A stretch of 64,000 nucleotides of DNA from Longimicrobiales bacterium (lineage in GTDB: Bacteria > Gemmatimonadota > Gemmatimonadetes > Longimicrobiales > Gaopeijiaceae). A model generated the notes under the pieces. That model had not been told where the DNA came from, did not search any database, and worked only from the letters and a program-made list of their open reading frames with translations. The position numbers were made by a program, and so were the translations under genes. The stretch is from contig OZ241869.1 in assembly GCA_965202805.1 (NCBI GenBank), forward strand, positions 3,744,001-3,808,000. The letters run 5' to 3'. Positions 17,467-37,843 of the stretch are shown here, piece by piece. The first letter of the stretch is position 1. Every line of letters starts with the position of its first letter.

Positions 17467-18927
17467 ATGACCCTTCGCCTCCACGACACGCTGACGCGCT
17501 CGCTCCGGCGCTTCGAACCGCTCAGGCCGGGACGGGTGGGCATCTACGGCTGCGGCCCCACGGTGTACGGGCGCGCGCATGTCGGCAATTTTCGCGCTTT
17601 TCTCGTCTACGATCTGCTCCATCGCTACCTGGAGTGGCTGGGCTACGAGGTCCGTTTCGTGGTCAACCTCACCGACGTCGACGACCGCATCGTTGAGCTT
17701 GCCGCCGCGACCGGGCAGTCGATCCGCGCGTTCGCCGCCCCGCATGTGGAGTCCTTCCTCGCGGACGCCGCAACCCTCGGCGTGCGACCGTTCGACAGCC
17801 ACCCCCGGGCAACCGGGTACGTCCGCGAGATGACCGCGTTCGTGGCGCGGCTGGTGGAGCGGGGGCTTGCGTACGCCACCTCCGACGGCTCGGTGTACTT
17901 CCGGATTTCGGCGTTCCCGGAGTACGGGCGGCTGTCGTGCATCGATCCGGACGCTCTGCGTCCCGGGGAGCGCGTGGCCGACGACAAGTACGACAAGGAC
18001 GATATCCGCGACTTCGCGCTCTGGAAGGCGGCCAGGCCGGAGGACGAGTACGTGGACGCCGCGTGGGAGTCCCCATGGGGCCGGGGTCGGCCCGGATGGC
18101 ATCTCGAGTGCTCGGTCATGGCGCTGAGCGAGATCGGTGAAACCCTGGACATCCACCTGGGCGGGGAAGACCTCATGTTCCCCCACCACGAGGACGAAAT
18201 CGCGCAGTCGGAGGGCGCGACCGGCAAGACGTTCGCGCGCCAATGGATGCATGTGAAGCATCTGCTGGTGGAGGGCCGGAAGATGTCGAAGTCGCTCGGC
18301 AACACCTACACCGTCCCGCAGTTGACCGAGCGATTCGAGCCCGCCGCGATTCGGCACCTGCTGCTGTCCGCCCAATACCGCAGCGAGCTCAACTTCACCT
18401 TTGCGGGACTGGAGGCGTCCCGCCGGGCCGTGCAGCGCCTGCTCGACTTCCGGGACCGCCTCGCGCGAACGCCGACCCGGCCGGGGGCCCCGGCCCTCGG
18501 GATCGCCCGGCTCGCCGGCGAAGCGCTGGCCCGCTTCCGCGAGGCGATGGACGACGATCTCAATACGGCCGGCGCCCTGGCAGCGCTCTTCGTCTTCGTC
18601 AAGGAGGGCAACACCGCCCTGGACGGCGCGGCGGGCGCGATCCGCCGGGGAGGCCGGGAGTCGGCGGAGGAGGCCCTGGCCTCCATGGACGAGGTGCTGG
18701 GGCTGCTCGAGCTGGCCCTGGCCGGGCGCCAGGTCGACGAACCGGAGCGAGTGCGCATCGAGCGCCTCGTCGCGGAGCGCGACCTCGCGAGGTCGCGGCG
18801 CGACTTCGCACGCGCGGACGCCATCCGCAACCAGCTGGCAGCCGATGGAATCGTGCTCGAGGACTCCCCTGACGGAACCCGCTGGAAGCATGCAGGCTCG
18901 AGAGCCGGATCCGCGGCCGCCCGCTGA
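17467..18927 (+). CDS. cysS: Cysteine--tRNA ligase
   Basis: CGPTVY, HVGN (HIGH), DFALWK, GRPGWHLECS, FPHHEDE, KMSKSLGN, MDDDLNT, ADAIR. Confidence 0.97.
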   Translation: MTLRLHDTLTRSLRRFEPLRPGRVGIYGCGPTVYGRAHVGNFRAFLVYDLLHRYLEWLGYEVRFVVNLTDVDDRIVELAAATGQSIRAFAAPHVESFLADAATLGVRPFDSHPRATGYVREMTAFVARLVERGLAYATSDGSVYFRISAFPEYGRLSCIDPDALRPGERVADDKYDKDDIRDFALWKAARPEDEYVDAAWESPWGRGRPGWHLECSVMALSEIGETLDIHLGGEDLMFPHHEDEIAQSEGATGKTFARQWMHVKHLLVEGRKMSKSLGNTYTVPQLTERFEPAAIRHLLLSAQYRSELNFTFAGLEASRRAVQRLLDFRDRLARTPTRPGAPALGIARLAGEALARFREAMDDDLNTAGALAALFVFVKEGNTALDGAAGAIRRGGRESAEEALASMDEVLGLLELALAGRQVDEPERVRIERLVAERDLARSRRDFARADAIRNQLAADGIVLEDSPDGTRWKHAGSRAGSAAAR

Positions 18928-18968
18928 CCGTTGACTTCCGGGATGAAGCCGGGTAGCAGTAGTCGCGC

Positions 18969-19041
18969 GCTGGCGTAGCTCAACAGGTAGAGCAGCTGAT
19001 TTGTAATCAGCAGGTTGGGGGTTCGAGTCCCTTCGCCAGCT
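18969..19041 (+). tRNA. tRNA-Thr(TGT)
   Basis: Acceptor GCTGGCG/CGCCAGC; anticodon arm CTGAT-TTGTAAT-CAG; GGTTCGAGTCC T arm; no encoded CCA. Confidence 0.96.
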
Positions 19042-19135
19042 TGCCGGTCCGACGATCCGGAAGCCTGCCGGTGCAGCGGCCCGGACCGTTCCAGGCGGCT
19101 GCACCTGCGGCGGTCGCTCGGTTGCGGATGACCCC

Positions 19136-19164
19136 TTTACCTCTCCCCAAGGGGCGGTTACCTT
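19136..19164 (+). promoter_or_regulatory. Candidate sigma70 promoter upstream of tRNA-Tyr/Gly/Thr-tuf
   Basis: TTTACC (19136-19141), 17-nt spacer, TACCTT (19159-19164). Confidence 0.5.
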
Positions 19165-19273
19165 TCGAGGCTTGATCGTAAAGGCCCGCCTCAGGTGCCC
19201 GAGGGCATCCTTGCTCCGCAGCCGGAGGCGCGAAGGGGGCGCTCCGAACACAGGAGTTTCGAGAGAAATGCTC

Positions 19274-19355
19274 GGTGGGGTACCGAAGCGGTCAAACGGG
19301 GCAGACTGTAAATCTGCTGGCAATGCCTTCGGAGGTTCGAATCCTCCCCCCACCA
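19274..19355 (+). tRNA. tRNA-Tyr(GTA)
   Basis: Acceptor GGTGGGG/CCCCACC; GCAGA-CTGTAAA-TCTGC; long variable arm; GGTTCGAATCC. Confidence 0.96.
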
Positions 19356-19396
19356 TTGGGCGCTTCGCCGTTCCAACTTGCGAAATGAGAATTCCA

Positions 19397-19470
19397 GCGG
19401 GAGTAGCTCAGTTGGCTAGAGCATCAGCCTTCCAAGCTGAGGGTCGCGGGTTCGAGTCCCGTCTCCCGCT
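19397..19470 (+). tRNA. tRNA-Gly(TCC)
   Basis: Acceptor GCGGGAG/CTCCCGC; TCAGC-CTTCCAA-GCTGA; GGTTCGAGTCC. Confidence 0.96.
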
Positions 19471-19497
19471 CTCCACCCCGAAGCAGGAGGGAGCAGC

Positions 19498-19569
19498 GCT
19501 CTGGTAGCTCAGGGGTAGAGCGCTTCCTTGGTAAGGAAGAGGTCCCGGGTTCAAATCCCGGCCAGAGCT
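19498..19569 (+). tRNA. tRNA-Thr(GGT)
   Basis: Acceptor GCTCTGG/CCAGAGC; CTTCC-TTGGTAA-GGAAG; GGTTCAAATCC. Confidence 0.96.
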
Positions 19570-19635
19570 TGCCGGGGCTTCCGGGGTTCTGACACCACCA
19601 TTCACCTGAACCGAACGGAGTGAGGTAGCGGAGAA

Positions 19636-20826
19636 ATGGCAAAGGAGAAGTTCGACCGGACAAAGCCGCACGTGAACGTCGGCACCATCGGGCACGTTGA
19701 CCACGGGAAGACGACGCTCACCGCAGCGATCACCTTCACGCAGGCCAAGAAGTTCGGTGGCGACGCGATTGCTTTCGACGAGATCGACAAGGCTCCGGAG
19801 GAGCGGGAGCGCGGCATTACGATCGCCACGGCGCACGTCGAGTACGAGACGGCGAACCGTCACTACGCCCACGTGGACTGCCCGGGCCACGCCGACTACG
19901 TGAAGAACATGATTACCGGCGCCGCCCAGATGGACGGAGCGATCCTGGTCGTGTCCGCGGCGGACGGTCCCATGCCGCAGACCCGGGAGCACATCCTGCT
20001 CGCCCGCCAGGTCAACGTGCCCTACATCGTCGTCTTCCTCAACAAGGTCGACATGGTCGACGACGAGGAGCTGCTCGAGCTGGTGGAGCTGGAGGTGCGC
20101 GAGCTGCTCTCCGAGTACGACTTCCCCGGCGACGACATCCCCGTGGTGATGGGGAGCGCGCTCAAGGCCATGGAGGCCATGGGAGAGGGCTCCGACGTCG
20201 ATTGCATCCAGGAACTCATGGACGCGATCGACTCCTACATCCCGCAGCCCGAGAGGGACATCGACAGGCCCTTCCTGATGCCGGTCGAGGATGTGTTCAG
20301 CATCACCGGGCGGGGCACGGTGGCCACCGGGCGTATCGAGAGCGGCGTAGTGAAGGTCGGCGACCAGGCGGAAATCGTTGGAATGGACCGGGACCGCAAG
20401 ACGGTCGTGACGGGCGTCGAGATGTTCCGCAAGCTGCTCGACCAGGGCCAGGCGGGAGACAACGCCGGGCTCCTGCTCCGGGGTGTCGGCAAGACCGAGA
20501 TTCAGCGTGGCCAGGTGCTCGCGCAGCCGGGCTCGATCACCCCGCACACGCACTTCAAGGCCGAGGTGTACGTCCTGACCAAGGGTGAAGGCGGCAGGCA
20601 CACGCCGTTCTTCAACGGCTACCGGCCCCAGTTTTACTTCCGCACCACGGACGTCACGGGCGCGACCAACCTCCCCGAAGGGGTCGAGATGGTCATGCCG
20701 GGCGACAACGTGCAGATGGAGGTCGAGCTCATCACGCCCATCGCCATGGACAAGGAGCTTCGCTTCGCGATCCGTGAGGGTGGGCGCACGGTCGGCGCCG
20801 GCGTCGTCACCGAGGTCATCGCGTAG
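19636..20826 (+). CDS. tuf: Elongation factor Tu
   Basis: [38 protein letters not shown]. Confidence 0.99.
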   Translation: MAKEKFDRTKPHVNVGTIGHVDHGKTTLTAAITFTQAKKFGGDAIAFDEIDKAPEERERGITIATAHVEYETANRHYAHVDCPGHADYVKNMITGAAQMDGAILVVSAADGPMPQTREHILLARQVNVPYIVVFLNKVDMVDDEELLELVELEVRELLSEYDFPGDDIPVVMGSALKAMEAMGEGSDVDCIQELMDAIDSYIPQPERDIDRPFLMPVEDVFSITGRGTVATGRIESGVVKVGDQAEIVGMDRDRKTVVTGVEMFRKLLDQGQAGDNAGLLLRGVGKTEIQRGQVLAQPGSITPHTHFKAEVYVLTKGEGGRHTPFFNGYRPQFYFRTTDVTGATNLPEGVEMVMPGDNVQMEVELITPIAMDKELRFAIREGGRTVGAGVVTEVIA

Positions 20827-20830
20827 TCCC

Positions 20831-20983
20831 ATGGCCAGAGATCGCGTGATCCTCGCGTGCGTGGAGTGCAAGGACCGCAACTACACCACGAAGAAGAACA
20901 AGCGCCTGCACCCCGGCCGGGTGCACTACCGCAAGTACTGCCCGCGCTGCCGCAGGCACGTCGGGCACAAGGAAACCAAGTAG
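20831..20983 (+). CDS. rpmG: 50S ribosomal protein L33 (zinc-ribbon form)
   Basis: MARDRVILACVECKDRNYTTKKNK...KYCPRC..H..HKETK. Confidence 0.96.
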   Translation: MARDRVILACVECKDRNYTTKKNKRLHPGRVHYRKYCPRCRRHVGHKETK

Positions 20984-21004
20984 CGAGTCTCCGAGACGGG
21001 CAGG

Positions 21005-21211
21005 ATGGCCAACATTATCGAGAGTTCAGGGGAGTTCGCGCGCGAGTCGTGGACGGAGTTGCAGCGCGTGACCTGGCCCGACTCGGGTCAGCTGCGCAAC
21101 GCGACGTGGGTGGTCATCCTCTTCGTGATCGCCATCTCGCTCGTCATCTTCGCCATGGACGGCGTCGTGCGCTTCGTCGTGAACTTCATCATGGGCATCT
21201 TCGGAGCGTGA
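21005..21211 (+). CDS. secE: Preprotein translocase subunit SecE
   Basis: ELQRVTWP motif plus one TM helix; lies before nusG. Confidence 0.95.
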   Translation: MANIIESSGEFARESWTELQRVTWPDSGQLRNATWVVILFVIAISLVIFAMDGVVRFVVNFIMGIFGA

Positions 21212-21218
21212 GGACTCA

Positions 21219-21767
21219 ATGAGCGAGTCCAGATGGTACGTGGTCCAGAGTTATTCGGGGCACGAGAAGAAGGTGAAGCGGTTTATCGACCGCAAGATCG
21301 AGGAAGGCCACAACCCCGAGATCCTGGAAACCCTGGTGCCGACGCAGGAAGTCATGGAGATCCGCAACGGGAAGCGGGTTCAGGTGGAGCGCCGCCTCTA
21401 TCCCGGATACGTCCTGGTGAACATCGACGTCGGCGACGATGTGACGCTCGACCCCCGGACCATGCACGCCATCAACGACATCAAGGGCGTCATAAAGTTC
21501 GTGGGGGGAGGCAGGAAGCCCCAACCCCTGAGCGAGGAGGAGGTGCGCAAGATCCTCGGCATCGAGACCGAAGAGGAAAAGGAGGCCCGAGCTGAAGTCC
21601 CCTTCCACATCGGTCAGGCCGTGGAGGTTACCCAGGGCCCGTTCACGGACTTCTCGGGCACCGTGCAGTCCGTTGATGCCGACAAGGGCAAGGTGAAGGT
21701 GGAAGTCTCGCTCTTCGGGCGTCCGACTTCGGTGGAACTCGATTTCGCTCAGCTCAAGGGATACTGA
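21219..21767 (+). CDS. nusG: Transcription termination/antitermination factor NusG
   Basis: WYVVQSYSGHEKKV, YPGYVLV, GPFTDF.G, SLFGR.T.VEL.F. Confidence 0.98.
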   Translation: MSESRWYVVQSYSGHEKKVKRFIDRKIEEGHNPEILETLVPTQEVMEIRNGKRVQVERRLYPGYVLVNIDVGDDVTLDPRTMHAINDIKGVIKFVGGGRKPQPLSEEEVRKILGIETEEEKEARAEVPFHIGQAVEVTQGPFTDFSGTVQSVDADKGKVKVEVSLFGRPTSVELDFAQLKGY

Positions 21768-21860
21768 ACGGCGGACTCGGGACCGGCAGCGAAGCTCCGG
21801 CTCCCGAACGTGCCCGCACGGCTGTCGGGCGCGGGCCGGATTATCGACCAGGTAACGTAA

Positions 21861-22283
21861 ATGGCGAAGAAGGTCGTTGGATTCATCAAGCTGCATGTGC
21901 CGGGCGGACAGGCCAATCCGGCTCCTCCGGTCGGCCCCGCGCTGGGTCAGCACGGCGTGAACATCATGGAGTTCTGCAAGCAGTTCAATTCCAAGACCCA
22001 GCAGAACCAGGGCACGACCATCCCCGTTGAGATCACCGTCTTCGCAGACCGCTCGTTCAGCTTCATCACCAAGACGCCGCCGGCGGCGGTTCTGCTCAGG
22101 CAGGCGGCCGGGCTGGACAAGGGATCCGGCGAGCCGAATCGCACCAAGGTCGCCCGGGTGACCGTCGACCAGTTGAAGGAGATCGCCGAGACCAAGATGC
22201 CCGATCTGAATGCGAGCGACGTGGATTCGGCCGTGCGCATGATCGCCGGCACCGCTCGCTCGATGGGCATCGAGGTAGACTGA
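21861..22283 (+). CDS. rplK: 50S ribosomal protein L11
   Basis: [35 protein letters not shown]. Confidence 0.99.
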   Translation: MAKKVVGFIKLHVPGGQANPAPPVGPALGQHGVNIMEFCKQFNSKTQQNQGTTIPVEITVFADRSFSFITKTPPAAVLLRQAAGLDKGSGEPNRTKVARVTVDQLKEIAETKMPDLNASDVDSAVRMIAGTARSMGIEVD

Positions 22284-22319
22284 CAGGCCCGACGAACCAC
22301 TCCATGCGAGCCGCCAGGA

Positions 22320-22352
22320 GTGGGAGGGCTGCACAAGCCGGCTCAATCCCAT
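22320..22352 (+). promoter_or_regulatory. Candidate L1-binding autoregulatory RNA site before rplA
   Basis: GUGGGA/UCCCAU outer stem, GGC/GCC inner stem and an asymmetric internal loop containing GGAG. Confidence 0.5.
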
Positions 22353-22353
22353 A

Positions 22354-23049
22354 ATGCCAAAACGCGGAAAGAAGATCCGGGCCGCCCGGGCCCGGATACC
22401 GGTGGGAGTCACGTACTCCGTCTCGGACGGCGTGGCTCTGGTGAAGACCCTGTCCTTCGCGAAGTTCGATGAATCCATCGAGGTCGCGACCAAGCTGGGC
22501 GTCGATCCCCGCCGGGCCGACCAGATCGTGCGCGGCACCGTCGTGCTCCCTCACGGGACCGGGAAGGAGATGCGTGTTCTCGTGGTCGCGCAGGGGGACA
22601 AGGCGGCGGAGGCCGAGGACGCGGGCGCCGACTACGTCGGAGCCGAGTACCTGGAGCGCATCAAACAGGGATGGCTCGAGTTCGATGCGGTGGTCGCGAC
22701 GCCCAACATGATGGGCCAGGTGGGTCCCCTCGGGCGCATCCTGGGGCCGCGCGGCCTCATGCCGAACCCGAAGGCGGGCACGGTGACCTTTAACGTCGGC
22801 GGCGCCGTTTCCGAGATCAAGGCCGGAAAGATCGAGTACCGGGTGGACCGCACCGGCAATCTGCACGCTCCCATCGGCCGGATGTCGTTCGAGGACCGGA
22901 AGCTCTCGGAGAATCTGGGAGTTTTCATGAACGCAGTATTGCGCGCGCGGCCGGCTGCCGCGAAGGGCGCATACGTACGGAGCGTGACGCTCTCCAGCAC
23001 CATGGGGCCGGGCGTGCCGCTCGATCCGAACCAGTTCGGGCGGAGCTGA
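22354..23049 (+). CDS. rplA: 50S ribosomal protein L1
   Basis: KFDES, LGVDPR.ADQ.VRG...[23 protein letters not shown]. Confidence 0.99.
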   Translation: MPKRGKKIRAARARIPVGVTYSVSDGVALVKTLSFAKFDESIEVATKLGVDPRRADQIVRGTVVLPHGTGKEMRVLVVAQGDKAAEAEDAGADYVGAEYLERIKQGWLEFDAVVATPNMMGQVGPLGRILGPRGLMPNPKAGTVTFNVGGAVSEIKAGKIEYRVDRTGNLHAPIGRMSFEDRKLSENLGVFMNAVLRARPAAAKGAYVRSVTLSSTMGPGVPLDPNQFGRS

Positions 23050-23052
23050 CCG

Positions 23053-23577
23053 ATGAACAGAGCCGAGAAGCAGGCCTTTACCGAAGAATTCAGGAGCGAG
23101 GCGGAGAACGCCGGCGCGCTCTACCTGACCGATTTTACGGGGCTGGACGTCAAGTCGATGACGGCGCTCCGCCGCCAGATTCGCGAAAGCGGAGGCCGGT
23201 ACTGGGTGGTGAAGAACCGGCTCGTGAGGCGGGCGTTCGACGACCTCGAGATTTCCGGGCTCGACGCCCATCTCTCCGGCCCGACCGGCATTGTGTTCGG
23301 CGGCACCGATGTGGTGGAGCCGGCGAAGGCGCTGGTCGGCTTCGCGAAGGGCCACGACAAGCGCCCCGCGTTCAAGGTGGGTGTGGTCGAAGGCAGGGTC
23401 ATCGGCGAGGAACAGTTCCTCAGGGTGGCGGCGCTCCCGGCGCGCGACGTGCTCATGGCGCAGCTGGCGGGCGCGCTCGAGGGTCCCATGGCGGCCCTCG
23501 CCAGCGCGCTCGAGGGCAAACTGCAGGAATTCGTCGGCCTTCTGGACGCACTGAGGGAGAAGATTCAGGAAGACTGA
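23053..23577 (+). CDS. rplJ: 50S ribosomal protein L10
   Basis: DFTGL.V..M..LR, VVKNRL, L.GPT, LPAR; gene position. Confidence 0.97.
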   Translation: MNRAEKQAFTEEFRSEAENAGALYLTDFTGLDVKSMTALRRQIRESGGRYWVVKNRLVRRAFDDLEISGLDAHLSGPTGIVFGGTDVVEPAKALVGFAKGHDKRPAFKVGVVEGRVIGEEQFLRVAALPARDVLMAQLAGALEGPMAALASALEGKLQEFVGLLDALREKIQED

Positions 23578-23691
23578 GTCCGCGGAAGCCGCGCGCCGGC
23601 TGGTTGCAGCCGGAATGCGGGCGCGGACGCATGAAGGGTCGAGTCACCAACCCCCGGCGAGCGCCGGGACCAATCAGGAGAAAGCAGCGAG

Positions 23692-24069
23692 ATGGCGATC
23701 AATCAGCAGGAACTCCTCGATAGCATCGGCAACATGACGGTGCTCGAGCTCTCCGAGTTCGTGGATGCGTTCAAGCAGAAGTTCAACGTCACGGCCGCGG
23801 TGGCGGTAGGGCCGGCGATGGCGGGTCCGGTGGAAGCCGAAGCCGAGGTCGAGGAACAGACCGAGTTCGACGTCGTTCTCGACAACTTCGGCGCCAAGAA
23901 GATTCAGGTCATCAAGGTGGTTCGCGAAGTGACCAGTCTGGGGCTGAAGGAGGCCAAGGCGCTCGTCGACGGGGCACCCAACGCGGTGAAGGAAGCCGTT
24001 TCCAGGGACGAGGCGGAGCAGGTCAAGTCAAAACTGGAGCAGGTAGGCGCGACGGTCACCGTCAAGTAG
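23692..24069 (+). CDS. rplL: 50S ribosomal protein L7/L12
   Basis: [31 protein letters not shown]. Confidence 0.99.
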   Translation: MAINQQELLDSIGNMTVLELSEFVDAFKQKFNVTAAVAVGPAMAGPVEAEAEVEEQTEFDVVLDNFGAKKIQVIKVVREVTSLGLKEAKALVDGAPNAVKEAVSRDEAEQVKSKLEQVGATVTVK

Positions 24070-24264
24070 GTGCGGTCCGTCTCAACTCCTCGGCAGACGG
24101 GGTACGGTCGCGGCACGCCGCTCGTGGCGCCGCGCCGCCGGCCCCTTTCTCTGCACGCGTCCCGGCCGTCCCTCCGGGGGGACCGCCGAATGTCGCCAGG
24201 TGTTTCCCGTTCGACCTGCCGCAACCGCCCGTCCGGACAGGGTGCGGCCAAAGGGGGAGTCTAG

Positions 24265-28470
<4,206 letters not shown>

Positions 28471-28518
28471 GGTCTTGAGCATCGCACTGACACCCTCAAC
28501 CGATGGGGTGCACGCCAT

Positions 28519-32820
<4,302 letters not shown>

Positions 32821-32842
32821 GTCGTCCGGGGCACCTCCGGCG

Positions 32843-32871
32843 TTGACACGGATGGGAACGCTTCTTAGCTT
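32843..32871 (+). promoter_or_regulatory. sigma70-type promoter of the rpsL (str/S10) operon
   Basis: TTGACA (32843-32848), 17-nt spacer, TAGCTT (32866-32871). Confidence 0.75.
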
Positions 32872-32994
32872 CGAAAGCTGCACAGGATATGCCTCGTCAC
32901 TTGCCGGGAGTCCTCTCGCAGGTGGCGGGACGAGCCGTACAGCGGGAAGCAAGCGCTCGCCGTGACGCAAGGGGCTGACTGCCGGAACATTCGT

Positions 32995-33366
32995 ATGCCG
33001 ACCATCAACCAGCTGGTGCGCAAGGGCCGCCGGTCTGTTCGCAAGAAGAACAAGGCGCCGGCCCTCCAGAAGAACCCCCAGAAACGGGGCGTTTGCACTC
33101 GTGTGTACACCACGACCCCCAAGAAGCCCAATTCGGCGCTGCGCAAGGTGGCGCGCGTCAGGCTGACCAGCGGATACGAGGTGACTTCCTACATCGGTGG
33201 CGAAGGGCACAACCTCCAGGAGCACTCCATCGTGCTCATTCGGGGAGGCCGGGTGAGGGACCTGCCCGGTGTTCGCTATCACGTCGTGCGTGGGACGCTG
33301 GACACTTCGGGGGTGGACGACCGTCGCCGGGGTCGGTCGAAGTACGGAACCAAGGAACCCAAGTAG
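32995..33366 (+). CDS. rpsL: 30S ribosomal protein S12
   Basis: [39 protein letters not shown]. Confidence 0.99.
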   Translation: MPTINQLVRKGRRSVRKKNKAPALQKNPQKRGVCTRVYTTTPKKPNSALRKVARVRLTSGYEVTSYIGGEGHNLQEHSIVLIRGGRVRDLPGVRYHVVRGTLDTSGVDDRRRGRSKYGTKEPK

Positions 33367-33452
33367 CGACCGATTCAACGATGCACTGTCCCACTCCGGG
33401 CCGGGCAGTCGCCCTCTCGGCCCCCAGTTCGCGGGAGCGATAGGATCGATTC

Positions 33453-33923
33453 ATGAGCCGCCGCACGCGCGCCGAGAAGAGAGAGACCGCGGGGGATCCG
33501 CGCTACGAGTCGGTTGTGGCCCAGAAGTTCATCAACGGCCTGATGCTGGACGGCAAGAAGTCCACCGCGGAGAGCATTTTCTATAGCGCCCTCACCGTAG
33601 TGGAGGAGCGCTCGGGACAACCCGGCCTGGGGGTGTTCAACCAGGCCCTCAACAACGCCAAGCCCGCCGTCGAGGTGAAGAGCAGGCGGGTCGGAGGCGC
33701 CACCTACCAGGTGCCGATCGAAGTCCGCCCGGAGCGACGCCAGGCGCTGGCGATAAAGTGGATGATCGACTTTGCCCGCAAGCGGGGAGAGCGGTCGATG
33801 GCGGGTCGTCTCGCGGCCGAGATTCTGGCCGCGAGCCGCAACGAGGGAAGCACGATAAAGAAGAAGGAAGACACGCACCGGATGGCAGAAGCCAACAAGG
33901 CGTTCGCCCACTATCGCTGGTAG
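33453..33923 (+). CDS. rpsG: 30S ribosomal protein S7
   Basis: [32 protein letters not shown]. Confidence 0.99.
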   Translation: MSRRTRAEKRETAGDPRYESVVAQKFINGLMLDGKKSTAESIFYSALTVVEERSGQPGLGVFNQALNNAKPAVEVKSRRVGGATYQVPIEVRPERRQALAIKWMIDFARKRGERSMAGRLAAEILAASRNEGSTIKKKEDTHRMAEANKAFAHYRW

Positions 33924-34120
33924 CCGTTTCCCAACTGCGGCGCGCAGGCTGGCGCCGGGGTAGCGGGGGTTCCGGAAGGTCCGACCCTCGCGACACGAGG
34001 CAGGCGGCTACCAACCGGCAGGCGGGTTGGCCCGGCCGAATCTGCACTCATGGCCTCGGAGTTCCTGCGCTTTTTTTGCGTACCGACGACAGAAACACAG
34101 GATTTGAAGGAATACATCGG

Positions 34121-36222
<2,102 letters not shown>

Positions 36223-36226
<4 letters not shown>

Positions 36227-36531
36227 GTGGCCGGATTCGCATCAAGCTGAAAGCCTTCGATCACTGGATCGTCGACCAGACCGCTTCCGACATCGTCCGC
36301 ACGGCGGAGAAGACCGGCGCCAGCGTTTGCGGTCCGGTTCCGTTGCCGACGCGGCGCGAACGCTGGACCGTGCTGCGCTCGCCGCACATCGACAAGAAAA
36401 GCCGGGAACAGTTCGAGTTGCGTACGCACAAGCGGCTCATCGACATCGTCGATTCCCGGCCCGCCACCATCGACGCCCTTACCAAGCTGGATCTGCCGGC
36501 GGGCGTCGATGTCGAGATCAAGGTCGACTAA
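36223..36531 (+). CDS. rpsJ: 30S ribosomal protein S10
   Basis: [39 protein letters not shown]. Confidence 0.99.
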
Positions 36532-36561
36532 GCAGCCCATGGACAACTGCCAGGAGGCGGC

Positions 36562-37179
36562 ATGGCGGGACTGATCGGACGGAAGGTGGGGATGACCCGC
36601 ATCTTCAGCGACGAGGGTCAGGTGGTGCCGGTTACCGTGGTTCGCGCCGGGCCGTGCCCGGTGGTGTGCGTGAAGTCCGAGGAGACCGACGGATATCGCG
36701 CGGTCCAGGTCGGCTTCGAGGCGCGCAAGGCCAGGCACGCGACCAGGGCCGAAATCGGTCATGCCCAAAAGGCCGGACTCGAGGCGGCGCCCCGCGTTCT
36801 GCGGGAGTTTCCGGTTGCCGGCGATGAAGCGTTCGAGGCCGGCGACGAGTTGACCGTGGGGCTCTTCGCCGCCAACCAGTCCGTCAAGGTCACCGGCAAC
36901 ACCAAGGGCCGGGGATTCCAGGGCGTCGTGAAGCGGCACGGCTTCACGGGACGACCCGCCACGCACGGCCACCCGATGTCGCGCACCCCCGGGTCGATGG
37001 GAGCCGGCACCGACCCCTCGAGGGTCATCAAGGGCAAGAAGCTCCCCGGCCGCATGGGCAACAACCGCAAGACGCTGAGCAATGTGAAGGTCGTTCGGGT
37101 CGACGCCGAGAGGAACCTGCTCTTCCTCAGGGGCGCCGTTCCCGGACCGCGCAGCGGCTACGTCTTCATCAGCCACTAG
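36562..37179 (+). CDS. rplC: 50S ribosomal protein L3
   Basis: GRKVGMT, PVTV, DGY.AVQ, KGRGFQG.VKR, KGKKLPG.MG. Confidence 0.99.
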   Translation: MAGLIGRKVGMTRIFSDEGQVVPVTVVRAGPCPVVCVKSEETDGYRAVQVGFEARKARHATRAEIGHAQKAGLEAAPRVLREFPVAGDEAFEAGDELTVGLFAANQSVKVTGNTKGRGFQGVVKRHGFTGRPATHGHPMSRTPGSMGAGTDPSRVIKGKKLPGRMGNNRKTLSNVKVVRVDAERNLLFLRGAVPGPRSGYVFISH

Positions 37180-37183
37180 AGCC

Positions 37184-37843
37184 ATGCATACGGCGCACTA
37201 CTACCAGTCTGACGGCAGCCCGGACGGAGACCGGACGCTTCCGGCGGTCCCCTTCGACGGAGTCGTGAACGAGGGCGTGCTGCACCAGGTGGTGCGGGCA
37301 CATCTCGCCAATCAGCGCCGGGGGACGGGGGCCGCCAGGAACCGCTCGGCCGTCTCGGGTGGAAGCCGCAAGCCGTGGAGGCAGAAGGGTACCGGCCGGG
37401 CACGCCAGGGCACGATCCGGGCCGCGCAGTGGACCGGAGGCGGGATGGCCTTCCCTCCTCAGCCCCACTCGTGGCGCACGTCCGTGCCTCGCAAGGTGCG
37501 CGCGCTGGCCCGGCGATCGGCCCTCAACGCGCGCGCCGAGGATGGTCGCGTTCTGCTGATCGGGTCCCTCGACTACGAAGTCCCGCGCACCGCGCGCCTG
37601 GCTGCCTGCCTCGCCGCCATCGAAGCGCCGGGCAAGGTGCTGCTGCTGACCGACGGCAACAAGCGCAACGTGTATCTCTCGGCCCGCAACCTCCGGGAGG
37701 TCATGGTGCGCCCGTTCGGCGAGGAGTCGGCCTACGACGTGCTGTGGGCGGCGACCGTCGTGATCGAGGCCGATGCGCTCGGGACCGGGTCAGCGGCCGC
37801 AGAGCCCGTGGACTCCCCGGACACGGAGGACGGCGATGCGTGA
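37184..37843 (+). CDS. rplD: 50S ribosomal protein L4
   Basis: RRGT, VSGGSRKPWRQKGTGRARQG, SARNL. Confidence 0.98.
   Translation: MHTAHYYQSDGSPDGDRTLPAVPFDGVVNEGVLHQVVRAHLANQRRGTGAARNRSAVSGGSRKPWRQKGTGRARQGTIRAAQWTGGGMAFPPQPHSWRTSVPRKVRALARRSALNARAEDGRVLLIGSLDYEVPRTARLAACLAAIEAPGKVLLLTDGNKRNVYLSARNLREVMVRPFGEESAYDVLWAATVVIEADALGTGSAAAEPVDSPDTEDGDA

Noticed and set aside
18931..18960. Promoter for tRNA-Thr(TGT): TTGACT plus 17 nt
   Set aside because: The -10 (TAGCAG) lacks the conserved final T; plausible but too weak to list as a feature.
16135..19356. 1073-aa minus-strand ORF
   Set aside because: Runs antisense through pyrF, cysS and two tRNAs; its translation includes tRNA-derived pseudo-peptide, so it is an artefact.
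18969..19569. Integrated element at the tRNA genes
   Set aside because: No duplicated tRNA 3' end, integrase or compositional shift found.
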